Shown here: positions 37,304-38,640 of the stretch, piece by piece
Layout of the letters: the number at the start of each line of letters is the position of its first letter
How positions within the stretch are numbered: position 1 is the first letter of the stretch
Virus record (IMG/VR): IMGVR_UViG_2671180892_000010
Length of the DNA stretch: 38,640 nucleotides
Strand: one strand, 5' to 3'
Source of the DNA: a virus
Lineage: Duplodnaviria > Heunggongvirae > Uroviricota > Caudoviricetes
The notes under the pieces: model-generated
Told to the model about the DNA's origin: nothing
Databases searched by the model: none
What the model saw: only the letters and a program-made list of their open reading frames with translations
Made by a program: the position numbers and the translations under genes

Positions 37304-37510
37304 ATGCTGAACCTCGATTGTGTTCCTATCTCAACTTATTGCAAAGAAACTGGCGAAACTCCTGAAGCAATAAACAAACGTGTACAGCGCGGTGTTTGGC
37401 GTGAAGGTGTTCAGGTTTTAAAGGTTGAAGGCGTTAAGGAGAGGTGGATTGATCTTAGTGAGGTTGCAAAATGGGCCAGACAAAACTGCTCAAACTACCG
37501 CGCGGCGTAA
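37304..37510 (+). CDS. xis: excisionase (Xis/AlpA-like winged helix)
   Basis: MLNLDCVPISTYCKETGETPEAINKRVQRGVWREGVQVLKVEGVKERWIDLSEVAKWA...; immediately upstream of and overlapping int. Confidence 0.65.
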   Translation: MLNLDCVPISTYCKETGETPEAINKRVQRGVWREGVQVLKVEGVKERWIDLSEVAKWARQNCSNYRAA

Positions 37511-38640
37511 CAATCAGAAAACACCGTCAGGGAGAAACGATCAATATAACTTTCACCTACAAAGGAGTTAAATGTCGTGAGCCACTTTCCAATCTGGAAG
37601 TAACACCAAAGAACATTAAATACGCCGAGCGTACACTCGGCGAAATTCATAATAAGATCGAAAGGGGAACATTCATTTATGCGGAATATTTTCCCCGTTC
37701 TGCTCGTTTGAAAATTTTTGGTAATGCTGCTGCAGGCAAAACGGTAAAAATGTACCTGGACGAATACCTTGAAATCTGCGAAACGAGAAAACTTTCACCA
37801 TCTACGATTGGTGGTTATAAAAAATGCCGTAGTGCGTTAGCCTCACTCCACATTTGCCCTGCAAGTGAATTAACACCAGCAATCCTGAAAGCGTGGATTC
37901 AAAGCCAGAAAACGACCTTAAAAACAATTCGCAACCAGTTATCTTTCCTGCGGTCAGCACTTGATGAAGCCGTAACCGATGGGGTACTTCAAATTAACCC
38001 CGTATCGTTGGTAACTGCTTCGCGCTACCAAAGTGATAAGTCAGAAGCAGAAAGCAGCTACGTGGTTGATCCGCTATCACCAGCAGAAGTTGATGCATTA
38101 CTAGCAGCAGCCGGAAACAAACAATGGGAGAATCTGTTCCGGTTCGCTATACATACAGGCCTGCGTAGTTCTGAATTATGTGCCCTTCGATGGCGTGATA
38201 TCGACTTTGTTGGAAAAACTGCCCATGTCCAGAGCGCAAGTGTTGTCGGTGTTATCAAAGGAACAAAGACAAAAGCCGGTACTCGTAAAGTCGAACTGAC
38301 AGAAGATGCAATGTTGGCGCTGATAAATCAGAAGCCATTTACATTCATGAAGGATGCTACAGTCTTTGAAGATCCAAAGACCAATAAGCCTTGGGCAAGT
38401 GCTGATGCAATTAGAAAAAAAGCATGGGTGCCAACATTGCGAAAAGCAGGTATTCGTTACAGAAACCCATATCAAACCAGACATACATTCGCCACCAGCC
38501 ATATCAGCCGGGGAGCAAACCTGTTTTGGCTTGCGGTTCAAATGGGTCATAAAGGACCAGAGATGTTATTTAGACATTATGGCTCATACCTCAAAGAATA
38601 TGATGGAAATACATCTTTAAATAGAAAAAATAGATATTAG
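37471..38640 (+). CDS. int: tyrosine site-specific integrase
   Basis: 389 aa; catalytic region ...HTGLRSSELCALRWRDID... ...TRHTFATSHISRGANLFWLAVQMGHKGPEMLFRHYGSY; stop codon is the last triplet of the window. Confidence 0.9.
   Translation: MGQTKLLKLPRGVTIRKHRQGETINITFTYKGVKCREPLSNLEVTPKNIKYAERTLGEIHNKIERGTFIYAEYFPRSARLKIFGNAAAGKTVKMYLDEYLEICETRKLSPSTIGGYKKCRSALASLHICPASELTPAILKAWIQSQKTTLKTIRNQLSFLRSALDEAVTDGVLQINPVSLVTASRYQSDKSEAESSYVVDPLSPAEVDALLAAAGNKQWENLFRFAIHTGLRSSELCALRWRDIDFVGKTAHVQSASVVGVIKGTKTKAGTRKVELTEDAMLALINQKPFTFMKDATVFEDPKTNKPWASADAIRKKAWVPTLRKAGIRYRNPYQTRHTFATSHISRGANLFWLAVQMGHKGPEMLFRHYGSYLKEYDGNTSLNRKNRY

Noticed and set aside
1-38640. CRISPR array, retron or diversity-generating retroelement
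   Set aside because: No spaced direct repeats, no reverse transcriptase ORF, and no template/variable repeat pair near the tail fiber genes.

Overview
The window is almost entirely one lambdoid prophage of an Enterobacteriaceae host (probably Escherichia-like), running from inside the side tail fiber gene at the left edge to the integrase stop codon at the right edge. All homology calls are from reading the translations against remembered lambda-family proteins; no database search was run. Minus strand, right to left: cro, three uncharacterised coupled genes, a replication initiator with internal iteron-like repeats, a nin-like block (PerC-like, Dam methyltransferase, LexA-DBD-only protein, RusA, KilA-N, DUF968), Q, a terminator-flanked AT-rich lipoprotein moron, an orphan beta-class DNA methyltransferase, the lysis cassette (pinholin, SAR endolysin, Rz with embedded Rz1), cos, then lambda-order morphogenesis genes (Nu1, A, W, portal, protease-capsid fusion, FII-like, Z, U, V, G/GT, H, M, L, K, I, J), lom and stf. 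Plus strand: cI repressor, a PL-like promoter, an ORF-free leader of about 480 nt, a yfdP/Q/R/S-like module, xis and int. No CRISPR array, tRNA or rRNA gene was found. The best candidates for something undescribed are the ORF-free leader downstream of cI (no N-like antiterminator is present), the unrecognised gene trio between cro and the replication gene, and the lipoprotein moron in the Q-to-holin slot. A 28-nt run of N inside J marks an assembly gap.
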